Positions 46,553 through 56,159 of a stretch of 64,000 nt of DNA are shown piece by piece. Under the pieces are notes generated by a model that saw only the letters and a list, made by a program, of their open reading frames with translations, did no database searches and was not told the DNA's origin. The DNA is taken from IMG/VR virus record IMGVR_UViG_3300014208_000002, positions 128,001 to 192,000 of that record. One strand, 5' to 3'. Position numbers and translations under genes: made by a program. Each line of letters starts with the position of its first letter. Position 1 is the stretch's first letter. The DNA comes from a virus (taxonomy: Duplodnaviria; Caudoviricetes).

Positions 46553-47272
46553 ATGGCAAATGTTATAGAAGGAACTTATACATTAAAAGAACTTCTTCAG
46601 ATAACAAGATCAAAATTTCGGACACGATTTAAGTACGAAAAAAGAGATGTATTACGAAGAGTTACTATTCAAAAGATTACTGAATTAAATCCTGACCGTC
46701 CGCTTGAACCTACTATAAAGTTTTTAATTGATACCCGTTCTTACCCTCAGTATCCCCCTTATATAAAAGGTAAACGAGGAATAAAACAACGAAAAGTATT
46801 CCATGATTATGATACTATTCTTGAAATGGACGAAATGAGTTTGGATAGTAAAAATTGGAAATGCCGAGTAGGAACAGGAAAGAAAATTAAAAAAGCTCCC
46901 CCTACAAGAGTAAAATCTATCTCCCGAGAAACAAGAAAAAAATGGGAAACTGCTAGAGATAGGGAACTTTCTAAAACTAAAGATAAAGATAAAATAGCAC
47001 AAATAAAAAAAGCGTATAGTGATAAAGTAAAGGCTCATGTTAAATCTGCTAAATTTATGAATGATGGAGATTGGGTTGCCCAAACTTTAGGAGTAAACCT
47101 TGATTTTGCTTATAGAGATGCTTTTGCCTTCAAGATTCATGGTCATCTTTTTGGGAAGTGGGAGTTTCCTTTAACAAGACCTTCTAAATTAAATATGACA
47201 GCAACACCTTTCTTACCCAAGCACTTAATACGCATATTGGAATTCCTTATGGCAAAAGGAGTTATGAAATAA
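46553..47272 (+). CDS. Basic hypothetical protein
   Basis: 239 aa. Confidence 0.65.
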   Translation: MANVIEGTYTLKELLQITRSKFRTRFKYEKRDVLRRVTIQKITELNPDRPLEPTIKFLIDTRSYPQYPPYIKGKRGIKQRKVFHDYDTILEMDEMSLDSKNWKCRVGTGKKIKKAPPTRVKSISRETRKKWETARDRELSKTKDKDKIAQIKKAYSDKVKAHVKSAKFMNDGDWVAQTLGVNLDFAYRDAFAFKIHGHLFGKWEFPLTRPSKLNMTATPFLPKHLIRILEFLMAKGVMK

Positions 47273-47281
47273 TTTTTCAAG

Positions 47282-47310
47282 TTGATACTTTGTATTTTAC
47301 TGTTTATATT
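47282..47310 (+). promoter_or_regulatory. Sigma70-type promoter
   Basis: TTGATA-17 bp-TATATT. Confidence 0.65.
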
Positions 47311-47325
47311 ATATAGGAGAACAGA

Positions 47326-47508
47326 ATGGAAGAAGATAATAAAAGCGGGGATGACTGTAAGATAATACAGATGGATACTACTTCCCCTGAATGGGCATCT
47401 ATGATGGAGAGAATTCAGCAAGCCAAGCTACGAAAGGCTAATGGAAAAATTGAAGAAGAAACACCCGTATATTTACGGGCATCTACTTATAATAAATGGG
47501 GTGAATAA
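47326..47508 (+). CDS. Small hypothetical protein
   Basis: RBS AGGAG. Confidence 0.6.
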   Translation: MEEDNKSGDDCKIIQMDTTSPEWASMMERIQQAKLRKANGKIEEETPVYLRASTYNKWGE

Positions 47509-47775
47509 TTGGGGCGAGGTAAAAATAAACCAAAAGAACTTGTCTGTATTTTACATGATGAAATTTCAGATGTAGCAGATAAAATTCTGGCTATGGATTG
47601 GAGTGAAGTCTATATGGATAACACTAAAGAAATAATTGATTATTTAAATGAACAAGCTACTAAAATAAAGCAATATGCAAAAGAAGCAAAGGAAAGAGGA
47701 ATTGCAATGGAAAATAGATTGCGACAATATCATGATGGGATATCCTCCCTTGGGTTTACAAGGAAAAGAAAATGA
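47509..47775 (+). CDS. Hypothetical protein
   Basis: 88 aa, TTG start. Confidence 0.5.
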   Translation: MGRGKNKPKELVCILHDEISDVADKILAMDWSEVYMDNTKEIIDYLNEQATKIKQYAKEAKERGIAMENRLRQYHDGISSLGFTRKRK

Positions 47776-47799
47776 AACTCTTAATAAGAGATAATAGCT

Positions 47800-48048
47800 A
47801 TGAAGGAAAGTATATTCTCCTTTTTAATAAAAAAAGGAAAAATTATGACTGATTTCACAAAAGGTTTAATAGAACAGAATGTTATGAAAAATATAACTAC
47901 TGGTTTTGGCCCAAATTTTTTGAAAGATGTTATGCCAGAGCATTTGGTATCAGAAACAATTAGGGCATACTCCGCACAAATTAAACTGTTGGAAGAAAAA
48001 GGAGAATACGAATATGCGAAACTTAGCCTCGGTTCAAACCCTAACTGA
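47800..48048 (+). CDS. Hypothetical protein
   Basis: 82 aa; true start may be downstream. Confidence 0.45.
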   Translation: MKESIFSFLIKKGKIMTDFTKGLIEQNVMKNITTGFGPNFLKDVMPEHLVSETIRAYSAQIKLLEEKGEYEYAKLSLGSNPN

Positions 48049-48078
48049 AATTATTTTTGAAAAAATATAAAGGACTAA

Positions 48079-48831
48079 ATGACAACACAAGATTTTTTTA
48101 ATTCATCCAATAGTAAAAAAGATAAAAAAATAAAGTTCTTTCCTTCTTATGTAGGATCAAAAGCATTCTGGTTACCAAAATTGGAATCTTTTAGAGGAAG
48201 TAAAATAGCAGAGTTATTTTGTGGCTCTTCTGTTATCTCTGCTAACTTAGCAAGCAAGGCAGTATTAAATGATTTTGATTTTCAAATATATAATATTTTA
48301 AGTAATTTTAAAGATATACCAGAATTAGAAACTTTTACTTCGGATGATTATTTTGCCCACAGGGGTGATAAAGACTGGTGGAAATATGCTTTTTATTTTC
48401 AGAAAATGTCCTTTTCCGGGGTATTTAGATATTCAAAGAATGGATATAATGTTCCAATTAAACCCAATATTTCAGAAATTCATATTCTTCCTGATTTACT
48501 TTTAGCTAAAAAAAGAATGGAAGGGCTAAATCCTACTATACTAAATAAATCTTATATAGATGTTCCATTTGATTTATATAAAGACTATATTGTTGTTTTA
48601 GACCCCCCGTATCAAGACAGTCAAGCTTCTTATAACACTGCGTTTAATTATGAAGAATACTGGGATTTTATAGAAGATATAAAAAATAAAGTACCTGCTC
48701 TTATTATTTTTGATAGGGAAACTAACTTAAAAAAGCATTTTTCTATAGAGGAGTTTCAATATAGGAAAATGACTGTTAATGGTAAATATCAAGGAGATAT
48801 GGAAGCAATGGTGATTCATTATGGTACATAA
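48079..48831 (+). CDS. Dam-like (D12 class) DNA adenine methyltransferase
   Basis: YVGSK, AELFCGS, LNDFD, VLDPPY. Confidence 0.85.
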   Translation: MTTQDFFNSSNSKKDKKIKFFPSYVGSKAFWLPKLESFRGSKIAELFCGSSVISANLASKAVLNDFDFQIYNILSNFKDIPELETFTSDDYFAHRGDKDWWKYAFYFQKMSFSGVFRYSKNGYNVPIKPNISEIHILPDLLLAKKRMEGLNPTILNKSYIDVPFDLYKDYIVVLDPPYQDSQASYNTAFNYEEYWDFIEDIKNKVPALIIFDRETNLKKHFSIEEFQYRKMTVNGKYQGDMEAMVIHYGT

Positions 48832-49411
48832 TTTTGATGAATCTCTTAAAGTAGGAGAGTTGGGAGAAAAAAAGTTTTTAGCGGACTGTGGTTCACTTTT
48901 TGAAAAAAGGAGTGGCCGTATAGAAGATTTTAGGGTTAAAAATACTGGTACTTTGGTTGAATTAAAAACAGATTTATATTGCCCTCAAAAAGCCTATAAG
49001 GAGATAGGATATACTCCTCCAATAGTTCTTCCAGAAGGTTGTAAAGATTGGACTAATAACTTTGTTATTGAAAGGTATTCAAATAAAAATGTTAAAAACA
49101 ATGGAGGCCCTTGGCAAAGTTGGGAAAAGAAAATTCCTATTTTTATTTACCAATTTTTACATACCTCTTTTAGAATTATTTTTGATACAGAAATGCTTTT
49201 GAAAAGAATGAGTAAATTTATTGAAGAAAGAAACCCTTTTTTGAAGGACATAATAAATACAAATCATGTTACCCAGGTGTATTTGGTTCCCATTAAGTAT
49301 TTGATAGATTTGAATAGCATAATTTTTATACAAGGAGACAAAGATGAGAAATTTGGCAACAGTTCAAGTTCTGTCCACCCTTTCCCCAATAGAAGGAAAA
49401 GACCGAATTGA
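48821..49411 (+). CDS. PD-(D/E)xK nuclease-like protein
   Basis: GELGE...EDF...VELKTD...FVIERYS. Confidence 0.5.
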   Translation: MVHNFDESLKVGELGEKKFLADCGSLFEKRSGRIEDFRVKNTGTLVELKTDLYCPQKAYKEIGYTPPIVLPEGCKDWTNNFVIERYSNKNVKNNGGPWQSWEKKIPIFIYQFLHTSFRIIFDTEMLLKRMSKFIEERNPFLKDIINTNHVTQVYLVPIKYLIDLNSIIFIQGDKDEKFGNSSSSVHPFPNRRKRPN

Positions 49412-50486
49412 ACTTGCTCGGGTCTTGGGGTGGAATGTTATAGTTGAAAAAGGCTATAAGGTCGGAGACAAGATAATTTATATTGAAATCGACTCCCTCC
49501 TCCCTGCAAATAATCCTGATTTTGAATTTCTTCGCAAGCGTTGTTATGTAGAAAAATACAATGCCATGCGAATTAAAACTATGAAGATGAACGGAATCTA
49601 CTCGCAGGGATTAGTTCTTCCAATAAGCATTCTCCCCAAAAAGGATTATAAGGTTGGAGATGATGTAACAGAGATTCTTGGAATAACAAAGTTTGATCCT
49701 GAACTTGAGGAAGAGAATAAGCTTGCCGCCCATAAGCGCCGTCCGTGGATTATTCGTTTCCTCGCACGAAATAAATGGATTAAGGATCATATTCTTTTTC
49801 CTCCTCATAAGAGCGATGTCTGGCCTGTTTTTATTTCCAAGACGGATGAGACAAGGATTCAAGCATTGGGGCAGAATTTCTTGAATAGTCTATCTATATA
49901 TAATCCACTTTATATTTCTGAAAAAGTAGATGGACAGTCTGCAACTTTTGGAATATATAAAAAGAAATTTTATGTATGTTCCCGCAACATGCACTTAGTA
50001 CTTAAAGACAATTCTAATCATTGGATTATCGCAACTAAATATTCTCTTGAAAAGAAATTAAAGTCTTTAAAGAAGAATATTTATATCCAAGGAGAAATCT
50101 GCGGGCCGAATATTCAGAAGAATAAATATAACCTAACAGAAAAGAAACTCTTTATCTTCAATGCCTATGACATTGATAAAAAGAAATTTTATTCTCTTGG
50201 AGAATTAAATGATCTAAGTAATTTCTTGAAAGTTCCCCTTGTTCCCTTTATAGACATGGTAGAAATACATGAGGAGCTTGCAGTATTCCCTATAAAGGGT
50301 ACAACTATGCCCGCAACTGTGGATGCTTTTGTTAATTATGCTAATGGGCAGTCTCTACTATTCCCTACAGAGCGAGAAGGAATTGTTGTCCGTCCGTATG
50401 ATTCTCTTAAAGGCAATGGACATACTGGCCCTGTATTAGGGTTTAAGGCGATTAGTCCAGAATTTACAATTAAATGGGATTTGTAA
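49344..50486 (+). CDS. RNA ligase (Rnl2/DRB0094-like)
   Basis: N-terminal LATVQ...IEGKDRIELA, ISEKVDG, IQGEICG, FIFNAY, REGIVVR, FKAIS. Confidence 0.85.
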   Translation: MRNLATVQVLSTLSPIEGKDRIELARVLGWNVIVEKGYKVGDKIIYIEIDSLLPANNPDFEFLRKRCYVEKYNAMRIKTMKMNGIYSQGLVLPISILPKKDYKVGDDVTEILGITKFDPELEEENKLAAHKRRPWIIRFLARNKWIKDHILFPPHKSDVWPVFISKTDETRIQALGQNFLNSLSIYNPLYISEKVDGQSATFGIYKKKFYVCSRNMHLVLKDNSNHWIIATKYSLEKKLKSLKKNIYIQGEICGPNIQKNKYNLTEKKLFIFNAYDIDKKKFYSLGELNDLSNFLKVPLVPFIDMVEIHEELAVFPIKGTTMPATVDAFVNYANGQSLLFPTEREGIVVRPYDSLKGNGHTGPVLGFKAISPEFTIKWDL

Positions 50487-50650
50487 AATAAAGGGAGAGA
50501 ACAAATTGAAGAAAACCAGTGAGCGAAAGACTATGTTTGATTGGTGTCCTCAGTGTGAATTTTTTAAGGAATGTTATGATGAGCAAGGAAATGGTCCTTA
50601 TTTTTTAACCCCTGAATGTGCTGATAATGTTGAAGGAGATACTGGTAATA

Positions 50651-50932
50651 ATGGAAACTGAAGAGGATAAAGACCTTGTAGAAGATGATTTAAGTCATGC
50701 GGAAATCTTCTATGAGGATATCATTAGGGTAAAGTATTCTGATTACTCCTATCTTATCTTTTATCCAAAAGAAAATTTTTGGGCTATTGAGGAAGATGAA
50801 GAATACTATACTCTTATAGATGATCCAAATAATCTTCCAAAAGATGTGGATTCTGAAAAATTTCAAAAAGGATATAAGTTAATAACAGAATTTATAAATA
50901 GGAGGGATAATAATGGAACTGGAATGCCCTGA
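50651..50932 (+). CDS. Acidic hypothetical protein
   Basis: Start moved to ATG 50651 behind AAGGAG. Confidence 0.55.
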   Translation: METEEDKDLVEDDLSHAEIFYEDIIRVKYSDYSYLIFYPKENFWAIEEDEEYYTLIDDPNNLPKDVDSEKFQKGYKLITEFINRRDNNGTGMP

Positions 50933-51064
50933 ATGTTTAACTCTCTTTGAAGTAGAAACTTGGTGTGAAATAACCTGTCCCTCTTGTGGTAGAAGGGGGT
51001 GGTGGGACGAATGCGAAACAGGAGATAATGATTGGGAAGTTACTGTTAATTGGAATTAGATACT

Positions 51065-51325
51065 ATGAGTAAAGCGGCGCATTATAAATTTTTTGAGAAT
51101 ATTGATTGTGAATATTATCCTTGTCATAAAAATGTTAAATGTATAAATTGTCTTTTTTGCTTCTGCCCCCTTTATGACATGGAAGACTGCGGGGGAAACT
51201 TTATTATATTAGACAATAAAATAAAAGATTGCTCTAACTGCATGATTCCGCATAACCCCCCTGGATATGACATAATTATTAGAAAGCTCATGGATAAAAA
51301 TAATAAAAGTCCTACTAATATATAA
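51065..51325 (+). CDS. Cysteine-rich small domain (zf-like) protein
   Basis: CEYYPCH...NCLFCFCPLY...CGG...KDCSNCMIPH. Confidence 0.8.
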   Translation: MSKAAHYKFFENIDCEYYPCHKNVKCINCLFCFCPLYDMEDCGGNFIILDNKIKDCSNCMIPHNPPGYDIIIRKLMDKNNKSPTNI

Positions 51326-51334
51326 AAGAGGACT
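51308..51334 (+). promoter_or_regulatory. TACTAATA motif (51313-51320) within an RBS-sequestering hairpin
   Basis: AGTCCT (51308-51313) pairs with AGGACT (51329-51334), covering the RBS. Confidence 0.55.
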
Positions 51335-51339
51335 AATTT

Positions 51340-51657
51340 ATGAGAATATTATTTGAATACCGAAAATTGCTCCGAATCCGAGTAGACTGCCAAGGGGAAT
51401 CTCAATTTTATTTTCGTGTAGTAAATGATCCAGGATATAAGGACTATACCCTTCGTGGAACCCCTGCTGGTTTACATAAGTTTCTTAAACGAATAAAGGC
51501 TAAAGACACTGGGACTTCCCCAAGCTCCCTTCGTGGGATAACCTATCATGAAATGTTGGATGGAATTATTAACGGAAATAATAAAGAAATTTGGGTTTGG
51601 TCTTATATGTGGAAGCCTATGGCTATTTCCCGCAAGATTGTAAACCTTCCTGAGTAA
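51340..51657 (+). CDS. Hypothetical protein (MRILFE leader)
   Basis: 105 aa. Confidence 0.6.
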   Translation: MRILFEYRKLLRIRVDCQGESQFYFRVVNDPGYKDYTLRGTPAGLHKFLKRIKAKDTGTSPSSLRGITYHEMLDGIINGNNKEIWVWSYMWKPMAISRKIVNLPE

Positions 51658-51661
51658 ACAA

Positions 51662-52012
51662 ATGCGAATAATAAAAGAATCAGACATAGAAGAAAAAAGA
51701 GAAGAAGCTCTCCTGAAACTCTTGAATAAATATATAGAAGATACCGAAGATGATATTGAAAAAACGGAAGGGAAACCCATTGCTTTTACACAACGATATT
51801 CTTTTAAAGTTGAAACAAGAGATATAGATCAGCTAAAAAACAATTTAGTTCTTACAATAAAAGAAGGGGTTTCAAGCGGTAGATATCCAAAAAATACAAT
51901 TAGTAAATTAAAAAATCTTTTTAAGAACCTTGGATTAGGATTAGGTGGAAAAAAGGAAGCATTAGAAGACCTTAAAAAAATACTAATTTTTATTGAAGAG
52001 ATAAAAAAGTAG
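51662..52012 (+). CDS. Candidate head-internal protein (MRIIKE leader)
   Basis: 116 aa. Confidence 0.6.
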   Translation: MRIIKESDIEEKREEALLKLLNKYIEDTEDDIEKTEGKPIAFTQRYSFKVETRDIDQLKNNLVLTIKEGVSSGRYPKNTISKLKNLFKNLGLGLGGKKEALEDLKKILIFIEEIKK

Positions 52013-52014
52013 TC

Positions 52015-52323
52015 ATGCTTGTTTATATGTATCGGGTCATTCCTTCCTACGGCTTTGAAAGCTATATACTAAATGGTATAATGGTGGGATTAAATTGGAC
52101 ATATTTTCCTTCTGACCAAGGAGATCATTCTTTTTTAGAAAAGCAAGTGCGGTCTGTCGGAATTTATTATGATTGGAATATATGCCCGCAGATTTTCGCT
52201 TGTCCTGTTTGCTATTCTGGAACGCTTGGATTCTATGGGAATGGAAATCAATCCCAAGAAGATAATGATAGAGGACATACGGGTGAAGAGTTCTTTGCTT
52301 GTGGTCAATGTGGGAGAGGATAA
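52015..52323 (+). CDS. Hypothetical zinc-binding protein
   Basis: CPVC...CGQC. Confidence 0.5.
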   Translation: MLVYMYRVIPSYGFESYILNGIMVGLNWTYFPSDQGDHSFLEKQVRSVGIYYDWNICPQIFACPVCYSGTLGFYGNGNQSQEDNDRGHTGEEFFACGQCGRG

Positions 52324-52324
52324 T

Positions 52325-52597
52325 ATGAATGATTGGATTTATTTTGAAAAGAGAATAATTGGAACAAAACATAAATATATAAATTTACAAATAGGCTGGG
52401 ATAAAGAATCTACAACTATTTTTGGTTTTAATTTTAGACTAAGTAGAAAAGAAGATCACGCTGGATTAAATACTTGGTTTAATTTATTTAGATTTTATAT
52501 ATTTTTTTATATTACGGATAATCGCCATTGGTGCTACTATTGTAATAAGTTTAAGGATGAAATTTGCTATACAGAAAAGCATGAGGAGAAAGAATAA
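52325..52597 (+). CDS. Hypothetical protein
   Basis: Start moved to ATG 52325 behind GAGG. Confidence 0.5.
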   Translation: MNDWIYFEKRIIGTKHKYINLQIGWDKESTTIFGFNFRLSRKEDHAGLNTWFNLFRFYIFFYITDNRHWCYYCNKFKDEICYTEKHEEKE

Positions 52598-52784
52598 TGC
52601 CCGATGATTATTCTGATCTTTTAATGCCTGTAATTATTCGTCATGATGATCCAGAGTTTTCTATTTTTCTTGGTGATCCATCGGATGCAGGAAAACATAT
52701 ACTAACATCAATAGTGGATGACCCGAATGAGTTCATTCCAAGTACAGAGCCAAGAGGATTAACTTTTTAGAGGAGAAATATATT

Positions 52785-53195
52785 ATGAAGCCGAGTTCGC
52801 TTGTAGCAGAGTTCCTAAAATCAAAAACAGATGCCCGAACTTTTTTAGAAAACATTGATTTAGACAGTCTTGAAGAGGAGGGAGAAACCGCAGGAGGAAA
52901 CATATCCTCTGATTTTGGTATTCCTACCGTAATCCACAAGCCCAGCAAAAAGCCGAGATTTGGGGACGACTCTGATGAAGAATTAGACTTAGATACTGAA
53001 ATTGAAAAAAGAGTAGATAATCGGGCGTCAAAGATATCCCCTGTAGATGAGTCAGATAAGTCCTTTTCTCTAAACGAATTATTTTCAACTACCCCTATGG
53101 ACGAAAGCTTTGATACCATGCTTCGTGAATGTGGACCAGATAAGTTGTCCGGGAATGACAGTGATTTACCGGACACGCTGAGGGGAATTTTTTAA
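52785..53195 (+). CDS. Acidic, probably disordered hypothetical protein
   Basis: RBS GAGGAG. Confidence 0.65.
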   Translation: MKPSSLVAEFLKSKTDARTFLENIDLDSLEEEGETAGGNISSDFGIPTVIHKPSKKPRFGDDSDEELDLDTEIEKRVDNRASKISPVDESDKSFSLNELFSTTPMDESFDTMLRECGPDKLSGNDSDLPDTLRGIF

Positions 53196-53204
53196 AAAAA
53201 TAAG

Positions 53205-53233
53205 TTGACAATTTCCTCTATACCTCCTATAAT
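53205..53233 (+). promoter_or_regulatory. Consensus sigma70 promoter
   Basis: TTGACA-17 bp-TATAAT. Confidence 0.9.
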
Positions 53234-53268
53234 TCTATGTGAATAGGATAAATAATTAAGGGGAGCAT

Positions 53269-53826
53269 ATGGAGTCAACTGAAGTTTCCGTTACCAAAGA
53301 ATTTCTTACTTTTATTGAGGAACAAATAGAAAAGTTCCAGACTTATACTCGCCTCCATGAAGAACTTCTTCTAACTCCTGAAATGATAAATACTGCTATG
53401 GCTTCTTATGAATCTGTTAATATTATGCTTATTGGTCTTTATAGAAAAAATAAAACCGAAGAGTATAATGTTCAAAAACAGTATAAGAAGTGGTTTGATA
53501 AAAAGTTCTCTGAAATCCGAAAAGAAATGATTGCCGAGGCTGATAATAAATCCGTTAAAATTGCCATAAAGGAATATGAATCTGAACTTCGTGTTCGCTT
53601 TGAAGATGAATACTGGGCATGGCAAGATAAGATGACTGTTGCCGAGAATAAAACAGGCTTCGCACTTGATCTACTTCAGTCATGGAAATCCTATGATAAA
53701 ATTCTCGTTCAATTATCCTCTAACATGCGGGGAGAAATGTATGCTTTGTCTTTAGATAATAGAATAAACTTTACTCAAGATAAAGTACGGGTACTTCCCC
53801 GCAGAGGGCAAAAACTGGAAGGGTAG
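53269..53826 (+). CDS. Helical protein, UvsY-like recombination mediator candidate
   Basis: All-helical with KKWFDKKFSEIRK...YESELR pattern. Confidence 0.4.
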   Translation: MESTEVSVTKEFLTFIEEQIEKFQTYTRLHEELLLTPEMINTAMASYESVNIMLIGLYRKNKTEEYNVQKQYKKWFDKKFSEIRKEMIAEADNKSVKIAIKEYESELRVRFEDEYWAWQDKMTVAENKTGFALDLLQSWKSYDKILVQLSSNMRGEMYALSLDNRINFTQDKVRVLPRRGQKLEG

Positions 53827-53852
53827 TCTTCCTAAAATAAAAGGAGCCGAAA

Positions 53853-54257
53853 ATGGCAGAATGGATTTCAGTTCAAGATAGAATGCCTTCTGAAAGAGAC
53901 TTTCCTATTGTGGTGTGCAATTGGGATAGAAACTGGTACTATGTAGATGCCGGTTTTATTAACAAATTTTCTGGTGAGTATACTCATTGGATGCCACTAA
54001 TTCCCCCTATAATAAATCAAGAAAAATATTATCCTCATACTGAACTTCCTTGGGAGGCTATGCCTAGTGTCATGGGGAATGAAGATGAATATAATATAAC
54101 TCATGAAGATTATACAATAGCTATAGTTTGTGATGGCGTTCACGGACGACGAAATGCAAAAGAGAATGCAGAAAGAATTGTGGCTTGTGTAAGTGCCTTT
54201 GGAAATATGTCAATTGAAGAGATAAATGAAATTGTAAAAGCAGGGGGTGTAAAATGA
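53853..54257 (+). CDS. DUF551-like phage protein
   Basis: WISVQDRMP...THWMPL. Confidence 0.75.
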   Translation: MAEWISVQDRMPSERDFPIVVCNWDRNWYYVDAGFINKFSGEYTHWMPLIPPIINQEKYYPHTELPWEAMPSVMGNEDEYNITHEDYTIAIVCDGVHGRRNAKENAERIVACVSAFGNMSIEEINEIVKAGGVK

Positions 54258-54622
54258 ACAGAAAAAGAGTTAAAGAGCTTCTACCAGTTTTTCAAGCGTA
54301 TGCTGATGGTAAAGAGATAGAATTTTTGGATAGGGGAAGATGGATTGGTTTTAAGGAGAATAATCCCCCTATATGGATGGATGGAGTTATTTACCGTATC
54401 AAGCCCGAGCCTAAGAAGAGGCTGATGACTCGGGGAGAAGTGCTATACAAGGTTACCAATACTCCGGGGATGGTGGTTAGGCAGGACAAGGGACTCGTTG
54501 TTCCTGCCCAATGCTACATGTTTGAAAGTAAGATAGAAAGATATGAATGGGCTATCATCGACAAGACCGGGGAGTCTGTGGATGGGCAATGGCATAAGTT
54601 TGGGGTGGAAGAAAATGAGTGA
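54254..54622 (+). CDS. Conserved-type phage hypothetical protein
   Basis: LLPVFQAYADGKEIEF...YRIKPEPK. Confidence 0.65.
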   Translation: MNRKRVKELLPVFQAYADGKEIEFLDRGRWIGFKENNPPIWMDGVIYRIKPEPKKRLMTRGEVLYKVTNTPGMVVRQDKGLVVPAQCYMFESKIERYEWAIIDKTGESVDGQWHKFGVEENE

Positions 54623-54830
54623 TATATCAACCAAATCAGTAGAAGAGCTTGCTTATGAAAAGCTTTTAGAATTAGATGCCGAGAACATTAAATTCTGGAA
54701 AGCTCTGACACATATTGCTCATGAAAATACTTGTGTTAATATTGAGAACGGGCCAATTTTACAAGAAGATACTATAAAACTTCTTCGTAATATTGCCAGA
54801 GAAGCATTAGGATGGGAAAAAATTCTATGA
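54615..54830 (+). CDS. Hypothetical protein
   Basis: Start moved to ATG 54615. Confidence 0.5.
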   Translation: MSDISTKSVEELAYEKLLELDAENIKFWKALTHIAHENTCVNIENGPILQEDTIKLLRNIAREALGWEKIL

Positions 54831-55375
54831 ATGATATAATCGAGAATATCATAGATTGGTTTTCAGAATATTCTCGATTTGTCATTGGAGGTATAGTTTT
54901 AACTATTCTTATAATTCTTCTCATTGGTTTATTTCCTGCTAAGTTTGTTTGTGGATATGTTATGGATAAATATTCAGAAGAACATTTAGAGTGGAATACT
55001 GAAGAAGAAGAAGAAGATCAATATAGAAGTGAGACTAATCCTGAACTTTATACCTATACTGATGATGATGGAAATATTCAAACTTCTGTAAGATTTGTAA
55101 CCCGAAGTGTATACGATCATACAGATATTGTCACCTATCATCATATTGATGATGCTGATTTTATCATTATTGTTCGATCTATGGATAATGAATCTGGATA
55201 TAATTGGTATGAAAGAAAGTTTAATAAGAGTAGAGAAAAGAAAAGTTTTAAATTTTATATTCCTGTGGATATTTATATGAAGCTGAGATTAGAAAGTAGT
55301 TTTATTGCCGATAGAGTTGAACATTGGTTTTATGATAATATAACAAGAACGGAAATTGCTAGGAGAAATAGATGA
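54827..55375 (+). CDS. Membrane-anchored hypothetical protein
   Basis: N-terminal TM segment; start moved to ATG 54827. Confidence 0.6.
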   Translation: MNDIIENIIDWFSEYSRFVIGGIVLTILIILLIGLFPAKFVCGYVMDKYSEEHLEWNTEEEEEDQYRSETNPELYTYTDDDGNIQTSVRFVTRSVYDHTDIVTYHHIDDADFIIIVRSMDNESGYNWYERKFNKSREKKSFKFYIPVDIYMKLRLESSFIADRVEHWFYDNITRTEIARRNR

Positions 55376-55706
55376 GTATTGAGGAGACTCAAAATAATAA
55401 ATTTTATGAACAGGCTCGACAAGATTGGTTTAATAGAAAAAACAATAGTGACCATTATACAGGGAAAGAAATGGACAAATGGATTCGTAAGAGGATTCGT
55501 ATCCTTGAAAAGGAGAAACATTAAATGAAAAAGAAAGCAATGAAAGAGTTAATTCAGATATACGAAATAGCTCTTTATGAAATAGCAAAAAGAGTGGCAA
55601 ATCCTATAACTCAATATGGTTGTAAAGCAAATGATTTTATGAGGCATATTGATAGTATGTGGCAAATTGCTTCTGATGCTTTGAAGAAAGGTAGGGAAGA
55701 ATAGAA

Positions 55707-55958
55707 ATGAGTATAAGCAAAAAATCTATAGAGACTATAACTGATACTTTTTCTAAGATGGATATAAAGACCATTAAAAGACTAATTTCTCAAGCAGAAA
55801 AAATAAAGGATCAAATTGCCGGTAAGAGAGATGATTTGCGAGAAATAGTTTCTGACCTATCCGACATTCTTGATTCATGTGATTCAGGAGTTGAAAATAT
55901 AGAAGAGGGATTTAGGTCTATTGAAAGCGGGCTTGAAGATATTTCTATGTATCTATAG
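55707..55958 (+). CDS. Hypothetical coiled-coil protein
   Basis: 83 aa. Confidence 0.6.
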   Translation: MSISKKSIETITDTFSKMDIKTIKRLISQAEKIKDQIAGKRDDLREIVSDLSDILDSCDSGVENIEEGFRSIESGLEDISMYL

Positions 55959-55967
55959 GGAGGAAGT

Positions 55968-56150
55968 ATGTCTTTATTTTTTATTATTGTGGGAACACTT
56001 TTACTCATTTGTGTGATAATTCTATTGTGTAATATTCAAACAATTAGAACGTGCCTTTCTAGTGTACAAAGACTTGTTGTTCTTATGTGTGGTATACTTT
56101 TTATAGTAGGAAGTTCTTTTTCTTTAGTTTTGGGTATTTCTTTAATATAG
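55968..56150 (+). CDS. Small two-TM membrane protein
   Basis: RBS GGGAGG, hydrophobic. Confidence 0.6.
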   Translation: MSLFFIIVGTLLLICVIILLCNIQTIRTCLSSVQRLVVLMCGILFIVGSSFSLVLGISLI

Positions 56151-56159
56151 GGAGGAAGT

